Source: Bacteroidetes bacterium 46-16 | Lineage (GTDB): Bacteria; Bacteroidota; Bacteroidia; Chitinophagales; Chitinophagaceae | Assembly (NCBI GenBank): GCA_001897835.1 | Contig: MKUN01000042.1 | Location: forward strand, 447-64,446 | DNA: 64,000 nt | Direction: 5' to 3' | Part shown: piece by piece, positions 9,139 through 18,350 of the stretch | Position numbering within the stretch: the stretch's first letter is position 1 | Layout: every line of letters begins with the position of its first letter | Translations under genes and position numbers: made by a program | The notes under the pieces: model-generated | The model's input: only the letters and a program-made list of their open reading frames with translations | Database searches by the model: none | What the model was told of the DNA's origin: nothing

Positions 9139-9295
9139 AGTTTTGACGTTTAGATATTGGGACTATTAGTTTCAGAATAACATCTACTTTGATTTGCCAA
9201 AACTTGGAAATAATATGTAAATCATTATCACATAGTGTCCCCATATTGGGAAAGATTTATTTTCAACTGGGTTTTTTACGAATATTTAAAAACGG

Positions 9296-9333
9296 AAAAA
9301 GGGTTAAGTATGCTACGACTTAACCCTTTTTTT
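9296..9333. terminator. Orphan bidirectional intrinsic terminator at the ICE/chromosome junction
   Basis: A5 + GGGTTAAG (9301-9308), a 10-nt loop, then CTTAACCC (9319-9326) + T7. Confidence 0.5.
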
Positions 9334-9335
9334 AT

Positions 9336-9343
9336 TAAATTTG
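9336..9343 (+). promoter_or_regulatory. TAAATTTG, exact match to the Bacteroidota -7 consensus TAnnTTTG
   Basis: Located 25 nt upstream of the ATG at 9369. Confidence 0.3.
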
Positions 9344-9368
9344 CAGTAATGATTTACAAGGTAATCAA

Positions 9369-9485
9369 ATGAAAGCGAGTGCAGTAAGCACCATTACTAA
9401 ATCGTTACCGATAGCACTTTCGGTTCTTGTAAACTACTCTTTATTAGCCACTTTGGGCTATATTAATCTTTTTTTTCAAAAATAA
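9369..9485 (+). CDS. Possible 38-aa hydrophobic small protein
   Basis: ATG...TAA gives MKASAVSTITKSLPIALSVLVNYSLLATLGYINLFFQK. It is below the ORF-track size cutoff and has a -7 box upstream. There is no other support. Confidence 0.2.
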   Translation: MKASAVSTITKSLPIALSVLVNYSLLATLGYINLFFQK

Positions 9486-9855
9486 GTAAAAAAATCCCAA
9501 AATCATAATAAAATCATTTTTGCTCAAAAAATACGCATATTGGAAACACTATATAATTATAGAAAGCTCCTCAATTTGATGCCTCCTTCTGAATTGTCTG
9601 AAAAAAGCACCTTATCAATTATTGATTAAACCTTGTGTATCCTTCTGGCATACCGGTCAATTTAACATATACCGCTGTAAGACCATGCACATAGGCGCTG
9701 GTACGCCATGGTTACCCTCTTTATACTGTGGGCTCTGCTCAATCAGTTTCGAAAGCTTGATTATCTTTATCATGAGTTGGAAAAGCATTACTGGAATAAA
9801 TAACATTTCAGTTTAACTTGTTAAATAAGCAACATTCAATAAACATATCATACCC

Positions 9856-11838
9856 ATGTCCTTCAGGCCTAAAAACGCCCCCAACCTTATACTCTTTATT
9901 ATAGCTTTAATAACCACCCTTGTATACTCAAATCACTTCAACAACTCCTTCCATTTCGATGATGCCCATACTATAGTCAATAACCTAAGCATACGCGACA
10001 TACATAATATACCGGTATTCTTTACCGATGGCCGCACCATGAGTTCATTGCCATCAAACCAGGATTACCGCCCCGGCCTGACGACACTTAATGCCATCGA
10101 CTTTTACTTGTCCGGTAAAACGACACCCGACCCCTTTGTTTTTCATGTTTCTGTTTTTGCAAGCTTTATACTGCTGGGCTTGTTATTCTATATACTGCTG
10201 TTAAACATCTTGACTGTTACGGCAAACTCTGTATATAACAAATGGACTGCCTTATTTATTACAGCATGGTTCTGGCTGCACCCTGCCAATGCCGAGACCA
10301 TTAACTATATCATCGCGCGCGGCGATTCTTTTTCTACATTATGCATCATTCTGGCATTTGTCCTGTACATAAAACTGCCTAATACGCGCATTTACTACCT
10401 GTATATGTTGCCGGTCATAATAGGTTTCTTTGTCAAAGAACCGGCTATCATGTTTGTTCCATTGCTGTTTTGCTATAAACTGTTCTTTGAGCAGGAAATG
10501 TCTCTGCGCATGGCAATATCAAAACCCGCAAGGTCATTAAAGCTACTTATACCCCTTGGCATTCCTTTTTTGATAGTGATCGGGCTTTTCGTTTTCTCCC
10601 GCAAAATGGCACCTGATACATGGGTGCCGGGCGGCTACGACAAATGGCGTTATCTTTTCACACAACCAGCCGTTATATTTCATTATTGTAATAATTTCTT
10701 GCTGCCATTTAATCTCGTCGTAGATACTGACTGGACACTCGTACCATCCTATACTGATGAGAAAGTGATCAACGGGCTGCTTTTTGTGATCGTGCTGCTG
10801 GTCATAACATACCTGGCTGCTGCGCAAAAAAAATGGCGGCCGGTTGCATTTGGCATACTCTGGTTCTTTATTGCACTGGCGCCCACCTCTAGCATCTTTC
10901 CTTTTGCCGAAGTGCTGAACGATCATCGCACATTTTTCCCATACTTAGGCCTGTTCATTGCGGTTGCAGCAACAGGGAGAAATTTGCTTGACAGATACAC
11001 ACCCCGTATTCAAAAACCTATGAACAAGTCTGTATTACTGGTCACTGCTTTCCTTTTACTTACCGCATATGCATATGGCACATACAAACGAAACGAAGTA
11101 TGGCACACGGAAGAAACATTATGGAAAGATGCTACGATAAAAGCCCCCGCAAATGCAAGGGCCTGGATGAATTATGGCAACACACAAATGGCAAAGGGAA
11201 ATTTTGCTGAAGCTGAAAAATGCTTCGAAAAAGCCATTACCCTCTCGCCATACTATGCTTACGTATACGTCAACATGGGCGTGCTGAAGGCCGCACAAGG
11301 CGACAGGGCAGCAGCAGAACCATACTTCAAAAAGGCTTTGGAGCTCGATCCCGGCAACCCTGAATGCTATGCATTCTATGCAGAGTACCTCATACAAGGT
11401 GGCAGGAATACAGAGGCTGGCCAGGTATTGGAGAAAGGGCTGGCTATAAGTCCCGCACATGAAAAGATGAACCAGCTCATGCAGCAAAACCAAAAGGCAC
11501 TAAATGCAGGAACTACTATAACTATTGCCCAAAGTGATGAACGACTGGCACAGATAGCCAAATGGACCACGGCCCACCCCTCGCCGGAAAACTACCTTAC
11601 ACTAAGCCTCGAATATTATAGTGCCCGGCAGTTTGAAAACTGCATCAGGGCCGCACAGCAGGCATTGCAATTACGTCCCTGCTACGATCTTGCGTACAAC
11701 AATATATGCGCTGCTTACAACCAGTTGCAGCAATGGGATAATGCCGTTGATGCAGGAAAGAAAGGACTTGAGTGCAATCCGGGCAATCCTAACTTAAAAG
11801 CAAACCTGGAAGAGTCATACAAAGGTCGCCAACAATAA
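9856..11838 (+). CDS. Membrane GT-C-like protein with C-terminal TPR repeats (TMTC/PMT-like)
   Basis: The N-terminus has ~10 TM segments and the motif SFHFDDAHTIVNN. The C-terminal ~250 aa are TPR repeats (NARAWMNYGNTQMAKGNFAEAEKCFEKAI...). Confidence 0.55.
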   Translation: MSFRPKNAPNLILFIIALITTLVYSNHFNNSFHFDDAHTIVNNLSIRDIHNIPVFFTDGRTMSSLPSNQDYRPGLTTLNAIDFYLSGKTTPDPFVFHVSVFASFILLGLLFYILLLNILTVTANSVYNKWTALFITAWFWLHPANAETINYIIARGDSFSTLCIILAFVLYIKLPNTRIYYLYMLPVIIGFFVKEPAIMFVPLLFCYKLFFEQEMSLRMAISKPARSLKLLIPLGIPFLIVIGLFVFSRKMAPDTWVPGGYDKWRYLFTQPAVIFHYCNNFLLPFNLVVDTDWTLVPSYTDEKVINGLLFVIVLLVITYLAAAQKKWRPVAFGILWFFIALAPTSSIFPFAEVLNDHRTFFPYLGLFIAVAATGRNLLDRYTPRIQKPMNKSVLLVTAFLLLTAYAYGTYKRNEVWHTEETLWKDATIKAPANARAWMNYGNTQMAKGNFAEAEKCFEKAITLSPYYAYVYVNMGVLKAAQGDRAAAEPYFKKALELDPGNPECYAFYAEYLIQGGRNTEAGQVLEKGLAISPAHEKMNQLMQQNQKALNAGTTITIAQSDERLAQIAKWTTAHPSPENYLTLSLEYYSARQFENCIRAAQQALQLRPCYDLAYNNICAAYNQLQQWDNAVDAGKKGLECNPGNPNLKANLEESYKGRQQ

Positions 11839-11880
11839 CGCATAACACATACAAAACGATAATACCTGCACGACACCTCG

Positions 11881-13500
11881 CTATCCGGGGTTGCGCTTGA
11901 AAAAGGTAAACCCGTTCCTGCTGCCAAGGTCAAGCATTCCCGGTACAGAACGGTACTGGTCGGCACTGGTGACCTTACAAATAAAATATACAGGCTTATC
12001 TATCGCACCGCTGAGCAGCCACTGCTCTTCGTAAGATTTCGGGTTTGTTGGCTTTTCTTTTTTTGTATAAAACAATTGGGCGTAACTCTTATAACCCAAT
12101 ACATGCACATACACATCCTTACCCTCAAGGCCTTTAAAGAACTCGATGGCCGCCCGCTGCGAATAGGCCTCTATCTTCGGTGTGAAATGTAGCACAGCAA
12201 TTTGTATGATAAACACCTGTGTGACACACAATACCACCATCCCTCTTATAAAATGCCTGCGCATAAGCAGCAGGGCCGTTACAATTCCTGCAAAATACAA
12301 TATGCCCCACATGATCTCGGACATATGCCAGTGCACATCGGCCTGCAGGTTACCTACAGCAAACGGATCGGCGATATAAGGGATGAGCGCATTTTTATAA
12401 ATACCTGCCAGCGGGAACACCGTGACGACAAGGGCAAGCAGGAAACCGGTAATAAGCACCAGCACCACAACCCGCCGCTTCAGCTTTATCTCTCCGGCAC
12501 CCAGCCGCTGCAACTGGAGGGCAGCAAGATAAGTGAGCGGAAAATAACACAGGGACGAATAGTGTACGATCTTGGTCTTCACGATTGAGAACAGGATCAG
12601 TACTACCCAGAACAATATCCACATCCACCGCGTAAATGCACGCGCATATTCATTATCCGTGCTGCGCTTGCGGGTATATTGGAAAAGGAACATCGATGCG
12701 GGAAAGCAACCGAAGAATAACACAATGAAATGATAAATGAACGGCCCGCCGTGATCCGCATCCTCCGTGCTGAACAAGCGTATTTGATAACTAATGAATT
12801 CACGGATAAAATCCCATCCATGCGCAATGACCTCGACACCGAACCATAACGATGTGGTAACAAGAGCCGTAGCAGCCACAAGCAGCAAGTGCTTTACCTT
12901 ATAGCCCCAAAGTCCCTTGTTCACGATCATATATACAACGAACGATAGTAATGCCACCAGTATGGCCACAGGCCCTTTGGTCAATACGGCAAGCCCCAGG
13001 AAAATCCCTCCAAGCAAAGCATGCAGCAGCTTCCGATCGGCATAGCGCAACAAATGCACCTGGAAGAACGACAGGAATATAAAGAGGTTGAACACAGGGT
13101 CTATTATCCCCGACTTAAAGTAAAAATGCGGCAGCCAGCTGGCAGCATACAGCAGCACCCACCACCCGGCCATATGTTCATTGATCACCCGCTTACCGGC
13201 ATAATAGATACTGCACAAGGTAGCTATACCTGTTAGCGCATTCGGGAAGCGTGCCGCAAACTCATTGATCCCGAACAGCTTCATCGACAACACCTGCATC
13301 CAGATGAACAAAGGGGGCTTTTGGTAAAACGGCTGAAAATCTATCTGCACCCTCAGGTAATCCTTGGTAGCTATCATCTCCCGGGCACACTCCGCAAAGT
13401 TGATCTCGTCCCAGTCAAACAGGTGCACCTGCCCGAGGAAAGGGATGAATAACAAGCCTCCCAGCACAATGATGATACTATAGCGGATGAGATTCTGCAT
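11881..13500 (-). CDS. ArnT/PMT_2-like GT-C glycosyltransferase (lipid or LPS glycosylation)
   Basis: 539-aa polytopic protein with N-terminal FDWDEINFAECAREM...YQKPPLFIWM, typical of GT39/GT83 enzymes. Its ATG overlaps the PAP2 stop (TAATG). Confidence 0.7.
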   Translation of the reverse strand: MQNLIRYSIIIVLGGLLFIPFLGQVHLFDWDEINFAECAREMIATKDYLRVQIDFQPFYQKPPLFIWMQVLSMKLFGINEFAARFPNALTGIATLCSIYYAGKRVINEHMAGWWVLLYAASWLPHFYFKSGIIDPVFNLFIFLSFFQVHLLRYADRKLLHALLGGIFLGLAVLTKGPVAILVALLSFVVYMIVNKGLWGYKVKHLLLVAATALVTTSLWFGVEVIAHGWDFIREFISYQIRLFSTEDADHGGPFIYHFIVLFFGCFPASMFLFQYTRKRSTDNEYARAFTRWMWILFWVVLILFSIVKTKIVHYSSLCYFPLTYLAALQLQRLGAGEIKLKRRVVVLVLITGFLLALVVTVFPLAGIYKNALIPYIADPFAVGNLQADVHWHMSEIMWGILYFAGIVTALLLMRRHFIRGMVVLCVTQVFIIQIAVLHFTPKIEAYSQRAAIEFFKGLEGKDVYVHVLGYKSYAQLFYTKKEKPTNPKSYEEQWLLSGAIDKPVYFICKVTSADQYRSVPGMLDLGSRNGFTFFKRNPG

Positions 13501-14162
13501 TATTCTTCGCTTATCCCTGCATTTTGTTTTTTAAAGAAATGATGGCTCGTATAGCGCATTATGGCCAGTATGATCATCGTGAACACAGTGCCCAGGATGC
13601 TGCCCACATATACATCCAGGAAAAAATGGGCGGCAAGGTACATGCGCGAATAGCCAATGAGCAAAGCTACGATGAATAAGAATATCCCCCAGCCCCTGTA
13701 CTTCGGTGGCAGCAGGAATGCCAGGAACGACATCAGCGCAAAACCGGCACAGGTATGCCCGGATGGAAAACTATTATTATATAATCGTGGCCAGTCGGGC
13801 AATATATGCACCCAGCCGGCATCATGAAAATAGGCCATGGGCCGGGGTGCATGCACCATATTCTTTACACCCTGCATCAATAAAGCCGATAATACATTGC
13901 ACAACAGGGCCGCTGTGATATACCACCAGTTGCGCAACTGCTTCATACCCAGCAGCAAGAGCAATAATATAGCGCTTACCGGCCCCTCCCCGATCTTTGA
14001 TACATAATACATGAACACATCGCCCGCTGAGCTGTGGTGGCCGTTAAAAGCCTCAAAAAGCACCTGCTTGTCAAATAATAGCAGGGCTGCCCCGCCGGCC
14101 AGCAGCCATAGGGCAAATGGCCACAGGAAATACCTGTTGAATGAAGTGTATGGCGCACCCAT
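13500..14162 (-). CDS. PAP2-family lipid phosphatase
   Basis: All three PAP2 motifs are present: KNMVHAPRP, SFPSGHT, SRMYLAAHFFLD. Confidence 0.85.
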   Translation of the reverse strand: MGAPYTSFNRYFLWPFALWLLAGGAALLLFDKQVLFEAFNGHHSSAGDVFMYYVSKIGEGPVSAILLLLLLGMKQLRNWWYITAALLCNVLSALLMQGVKNMVHAPRPMAYFHDAGWVHILPDWPRLYNNSFPSGHTCAGFALMSFLAFLLPPKYRGWGIFLFIVALLIGYSRMYLAAHFFLDVYVGSILGTVFTMIILAIMRYTSHHFFKKQNAGISEE

Positions 14163-15664
14163 TATTCCGTACCGGTTTTAAAGGGCAGCAGCCTCAGCAG
14201 GCTATACCACCGCCGGGTGTACCATTCCCTCGAGAATACCTGCGAATCGTTGCGCGCCTGCCTGATCAGCAGGAAAGCTATGGGCAACAACATACCTGTG
14301 GCCATCCACATGCCCGCCCATACCGGCAGTGTGCCTGCCTTGGCCAGCTTCTCCCCGATCACCGAGGTAATGTGGAATATCACGAAGAACACCACCGCGA
14401 TCACCAGCGGCATACCCAGCCCCCCCTTCCTGATGATAGCCCCCAGGGGAGCCCCGATCAGGAACAGCAGGATACATGCGAAGGACAAGGTTAGTTTCCT
14501 GTGCCACTCCGCCAGGTATTTTCGGTAGTTCTCCATCTGTATATTGTTATCGAAAGAGGGGAAATCCAGTTGGCTCTTGATATTGCGCACATTGCTCGTG
14601 GCCAGCTCTATGGCCCTGTGCCGCAGGCTGTCATTCATCAACTCAAAGAAATTGTGCTTATAGCTGCGCAGGCCCTTATCCTGTATGGCCATCTTCTTCA
14701 CCAGCACATCCCTTTCCTTCTCGTTACCCGCGTAAGTCACATAGGGGGCTATGAAATTGCCAATGGCCACCGGCAGCTTTTTCCTTGTTTTTTCCAGGCT
14801 GTCGATATCCTTGCCCAGTTGGCTCAGGTTCATCATCTGGTAGGCCCCTTTGAACAGTTCTTCGTTCGTATGGCTCACCTTGAAGGCCGAGAGGTCGAAC
14901 ACCTTATCCCACTTTTTGAAGTGCATACGCGTCATAGCGTCCTTCTTGCTGTTATCCCGCTCATCGCGGCCCTCCTCGTAGCGCCAGCCATCCTCCAGGC
15001 TAAAGATCAGGAACTGCTTATCCGGGGTCGATTTCATCTCCCCCTTCCTGGCCAGCACCACGTTATCATTGCCCCGCCCCGACGTCTCGTTATAGATAAT
15101 GATATCATAGATAGTGCGGCCATCGCTGCCCTTGCTGCCCACCCTTATCGCATAGTCCTTTATGTCGCTGTTGAACTGGCCGGGGCGTATGTTGAAGGTA
15201 GGCTTCGAGTTGCGCAGGTCATACAGCAGCGATAGCGCCTTCAGGTTGGCTACCGGTATCACATTATTGTTGAAGAGGAATGCCAGCCCGCCAATGCCTA
15301 CTATAAGCAGCAGCAGGGGCCGCATAAAGCGCAGCAGCGATATGCCCGACGCCTTGATGGCCACCAGCTCAAAATTCTCGCCCATATTGCCAAAGGTCAT
15401 GATACTGGCCAGCAATATGCCCAGGGGCAGCGCCATAGGCACCAGCGTGGCGCTCATATACAGCAGTAGCTGCACGATCATCCACAGCCCCAGCCCCTTG
15501 CCGATCAGCTCATCCATATACAGCCAGAAGAACTGCATCACCAGCACGAACAGGGTAACGAAAAAGGTAACGATAAATGGCCCTATGAAACTCCGGATAA
15601 TGAGTATGTCCAGTTTTTTGGTCAAAATTCCCTTGGCTGATTTGTACCCTGCAAACCTACACAA
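14162..15664 (-). CDS. LptF/LptG-family LPS export permease
   Basis: KKLDILIIRSFIGPFIVTFFVTLFVLVMQFF N-terminus and a 6-TM YjgP/YjgQ architecture with a large periplasmic loop. The track start is TTG. A second TTG at 15625 would give the usual N-terminus. Confidence 0.8.
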   Translation of the reverse strand: MCRFAGYKSAKGILTKKLDILIIRSFIGPFIVTFFVTLFVLVMQFFWLYMDELIGKGLGLWMIVQLLLYMSATLVPMALPLGILLASIMTFGNMGENFELVAIKASGISLLRFMRPLLLLIVGIGGLAFLFNNNVIPVANLKALSLLYDLRNSKPTFNIRPGQFNSDIKDYAIRVGSKGSDGRTIYDIIIYNETSGRGNDNVVLARKGEMKSTPDKQFLIFSLEDGWRYEEGRDERDNSKKDAMTRMHFKKWDKVFDLSAFKVSHTNEELFKGAYQMMNLSQLGKDIDSLEKTRKKLPVAIGNFIAPYVTYAGNEKERDVLVKKMAIQDKGLRSYKHNFFELMNDSLRHRAIELATSNVRNIKSQLDFPSFDNNIQMENYRKYLAEWHRKLTLSFACILLFLIGAPLGAIIRKGGLGMPLVIAVVFFVIFHITSVIGEKLAKAGTLPVWAGMWMATGMLLPIAFLLIRQARNDSQVFSREWYTRRWYSLLRLLPFKTGTE

Positions 15665-15737
15665 AAACCCCCGCTAATACGATAACAGGCCAATATGGAA
15701 ATGTGAAAATTATCGGCCCGGCCACCCGTTAAAATCA

Positions 15738-15763
15738 AAGCCCCCCGGCATCACCGGGGGCTT
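15738..15763 (-). terminator. Rho-independent terminator after the START-like gene
   Basis: The minus strand reads AAGCCCCCGG-TGATG-CCGGGGGGCTT followed by TGATTTT. Confidence 0.55.
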
Positions 15764-15810
15764 CAAAAATATTCTGGCTTTTTGATCACCCTAAATTGCT
15801 CACTGAGCTA

Positions 15811-16194
15811 TTAGCTGCCTATACGGTGCTTCAGGTCGCTCACCTGGCTATGCCACAGGCGCTCCTGGTCTTTGATGTCCGTTTTATCGGCAAAGTCGGT
15901 TATGCGCAGTATCGTTTCATTGGTTATGGGGCTCTGCTCTATGCTGAACTCAAAGAACTCGTCTTGCGGGTAATAATCCCAGCGGTAACGAATAAACTCG
16001 TTCTCTACATGCTCCAGCATCTCGGCAGTATCTGTGCTGCCATTCCAGCTAAAGAAGAATGTACTCTCCCGCTGGTCCACCTTGTCTGCAAACCACTCCT
16101 GCAGGCCCACGGGCGTTGATAAAAATTCGTATAATATAGCGGGGGAGCACCGTACAGGAAATTCCAGCGAATACATTGTCTTTTTCTTACTCAT
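15811..16194 (-). CDS. START-like/SRPBCC-superfamily small protein
   Basis: 127 aa. LEFPVRCSPAILYEFLSTPVGLQEWFADKV resembles the Bacteroidota START-like domain family. Confidence 0.5.
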   Translation of the reverse strand: MSKKKTMYSLEFPVRCSPAILYEFLSTPVGLQEWFADKVDQRESTFFFSWNGSTDTAEMLEHVENEFIRYRWDYYPQDEFFEFSIEQSPITNETILRITDFADKTDIKDQERLWHSQVSDLKHRIGS

Positions 16195-16459
16195 CGTAGA
16201 TTAACTCAGTTTTCTTGTTCTTATAAGTTCTTGGGCTGCAATAATAAAAAAATGCCCGAATAATCAAAATTTTTCCTTAAGATTAATCACTTAGCGGTCA
16301 ATTAATGCCCTAAGATATTGTACTGGCGCTGTTAATAGTTTCTTAAATATTTTTGGGTTGAATTGCTGCAAACCTTAGATTTGCTTAAACAAATGTCACA
16401 CACATGTCATTTGCCCATTACAAGTCATCCTCTTTTTTTAACTATTTAATGCTTAGCCT

Positions 16460-17335
16460 ATGTCCATGCGTCAGCTAAAGATCACGAAGTCTATTACGAA
16501 TCGTGAAAGCCAGTCTCTTGAGAAATACCTGCAGGAGATCGGTAAAGTAGACCTGATTACCCCCGAAGAAGAAGTGCAGCTCGCCATCCGCATCAAGCAG
16601 GGCGATCAGCGCGCACTCGAGAAGTTGACCAAGGCCAACCTTCGTTTCGTGGTGTCAGTAGCCAAGCAGTACCAGAACCAGGGCCTCTCATTGAGCGATC
16701 TCATCAACGAGGGCAACCTGGGCCTCATTAAAGCAGCGCAGCGTTTCGATGAAACACGCGGCTTTAAATTCATCTCTTACGCCGTATGGTGGATCCGCCA
16801 GTCCATACTCCAGGCACTTGCAGAGCAATCGCGCATCGTGAGGCTGCCACTCAACAAAGTGGGCCTCTCTAACAAGATCAGCAAAGCGTACTCGCAACTG
16901 GAGCAGGAGTATGAGCGCGAGCCATCCACCGAAGAGCTGGCAGAGCTCCTCGATATCGGTACCGAAGAGGTAGAGACCACACTCGGCGTGGCTGCCCGCC
17001 ACGTATCTGTCGATGCGCCCTTTGTGGACAGCGAAGACAATACCCTGCTCGATGTGCTGGAGAACCCCAATTCGGAATCGGCCGACTCGGAACTGGAGCA
17101 CTACGACTCATTGCGCTGCGAGATAGAGCGCTCACTGAGCACCCTTACCGACCGCCAGCGCGATGTGATCAAGCTGTACTTCGGTATAGGCGTGGAGCAC
17201 CCTATGAGCCTCGAGGATATAGGCGAAAAATTCAGCCTTACCCGCGAGCGTGTGCGCCAGATCAAAGACAAAGCTATTACCAAACTCCGCACGGCTACCC
17301 GTTGCAACCTTTTAAAATCATATTTAGGCAATTAG
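16460..17335 (+). CDS. rpoD: Primary RNA polymerase sigma factor (sigma-70/RpoD, Bacteroidota short form)
   Basis: Regions 2-4 are recognisable: [52 protein letters not shown]. Confidence 0.9.
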   Translation: MSMRQLKITKSITNRESQSLEKYLQEIGKVDLITPEEEVQLAIRIKQGDQRALEKLTKANLRFVVSVAKQYQNQGLSLSDLINEGNLGLIKAAQRFDETRGFKFISYAVWWIRQSILQALAEQSRIVRLPLNKVGLSNKISKAYSQLEQEYEREPSTEELAELLDIGTEEVETTLGVAARHVSVDAPFVDSEDNTLLDVLENPNSESADSELEHYDSLRCEIERSLSTLTDRQRDVIKLYFGIGVEHPMSLEDIGEKFSLTRERVRQIKDKAITKLRTATRCNLLKSYLGN

Positions 17336-17357
17336 AAAATTTACTTTTGATATTCTA

Positions 17358-17391
17358 ATCCCCCCAACCTCTGGTCGGGGGGATTTTTTTT
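17358..17391 (+). terminator. Rho-independent terminator of rpoD
   Basis: ATCCCCCC (17358-17365) pairs with GGGGGGAT (17377-17384), followed by T8. Confidence 0.75.
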
Positions 17392-17403
17392 ATTGTTTAC
17401 CCC

Positions 17404-17455
17404 GTCATTGCGAGGAAGCCCGCCAAGCCCAGTGCATCGGCGCGACGAAGCAATC
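17404..17455 (+). repeat. REP-like intergenic element, copy A (GTCATTGCGAGG...GCGCGACGAAGCAATC)
   Basis: Related by eye (roughly two thirds identity) to the reverse complement of 23999-24051. It shares its termini with 24096-24140. Confidence 0.35.
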
Positions 17456-17521
17456 TCGTTATAACATGGGAAAAGCAGCCCGGCCCTAGCGCTGGACCGA
17501 TTTTATTACCACCCTATCCAT

Positions 17522-18043
17522 ATGCGCAGCATATACCTCATATTGGCCATACTGCTCCTCGCCTGCCGTCGCAATGCCCCGCAGCCCGGCAAGGTTGAGG
17601 CCATCGACTGCCTCTATGCCGACCCCATCCCCGCAGAGCCTGCCGATACGCTAAGGCCCGATAGCCTCGTGGCCTTCGCCCAAAGCCTCCTGGGCAAGCC
17701 TTACAGCTATGGCTGCTCCTCGCCCTCCACCGGCTTCGACTGCTCGGGCTTCATAGGCTATGTGTTTGGCCATTTTGGTATCAGGGTGCCGCGCTCCTCG
17801 GTCGACTTTACCAACGAGGGTACCGAAATACCCCTCAGCGAAGCCCGCCCCGGCGACCTTATCCTCTTTACCGGTACCAACAGCAGCATCCGCACCGTGG
17901 GCCATATCGGCATGATCATGGCCAACGACAGTGCAGGCATCCGCTTCATCCACTCCTCCTCGGGCCGCGAAGATGCGGTCATTATCACCAGCCTCAACGA
18001 GCGCTATATGGAACGCTTTGTGAAGGTGATCCGGATGCTTTGA
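17522..18043 (+). CDS. NlpC/P60 (C40) peptidoglycan hydrolase lipoprotein
   Basis: Lipobox LLLAC, catalytic GFDCSGF and GHIGMI motifs. Confidence 0.85.
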   Translation: MRSIYLILAILLLACRRNAPQPGKVEAIDCLYADPIPAEPADTLRPDSLVAFAQSLLGKPYSYGCSSPSTGFDCSGFIGYVFGHFGIRVPRSSVDFTNEGTEIPLSEARPGDLILFTGTNSSIRTVGHIGMIMANDSAGIRFIHSSSGREDAVIITSLNERYMERFVKVIRML

Positions 18044-18223
18044 CCAAGCCACGCTTCTGATCTTCTGGAATATGCAAAACCGGAAGTGAATTTTGAAAGA
18101 TTTTTTTTCATTATCAATTGATCATCAGCCAATAAAAGCAAGTTACCTGATGTGAATAGCACTTCCGATTTGCTGCATTTTACTTCTGGTTGGCTTCAGT
18201 AAGCGGAAATAGTTATATGGCTT

Positions 18224-18338
18224 AATTTCCGGTTTCCGGTAGGAAAGTTATTTCCGGTTTGGAATGAGGGAATCGGTGGAAATGCTTGCTGGAAGCGCCG
18301 TATTACATTTCAATATAATTTCCGGTTGTTACCGGTTT
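18224..18338. repeat. Cluster of TTTCCGGTT direct repeats
   Basis: TTTCCGGT occurs at 18226, 18233, 18251 and 18319. The inverted copy ACCGGTTT lies at 18331. Degenerate versions (ACCGGAA 18079, CTTCCGA 18162) lie upstream. Confidence 0.5.
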
Positions 18339-18350
18339 GTCTTTTAATGT

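Larger units (their letters stand above)
1..9340. mobile_element. Partial CTnDOT-like integrative conjugative element (cargo plus excision module); the rest lies off-window to the left
   Basis: The gene set is rteC, two small HTH genes, DUF3945, topoisomerase III, ORF6N, plus mer/ars cargo. Composition is uniformly AT-rich and changes between about 9.3 and 9.9 kb. The right boundary is approximate. Confidence 0.6.

Noticed and set aside
9334-9343. TTAAATTTGC as the CTnDOT-type att core (GTANNTTTGC)
   Set aside because: The first base does not match, it is a single occurrence, and the same bases are better explained as a TAnnTTTG -7 promoter box. The junction cannot be placed without an empty-site comparison.
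14141-15677. Long plus-strand ORFs antisense to the LptF/G gene (for example 14501..15235 at 244 aa and 15162..15677 at 171 aa)
   Set aside because: They are shadow ORFs typical of GC-richer coding DNA. Their proteins are low-complexity (H/L/A/R-rich) with no motifs, while the minus-strand gene has a clear family signature.
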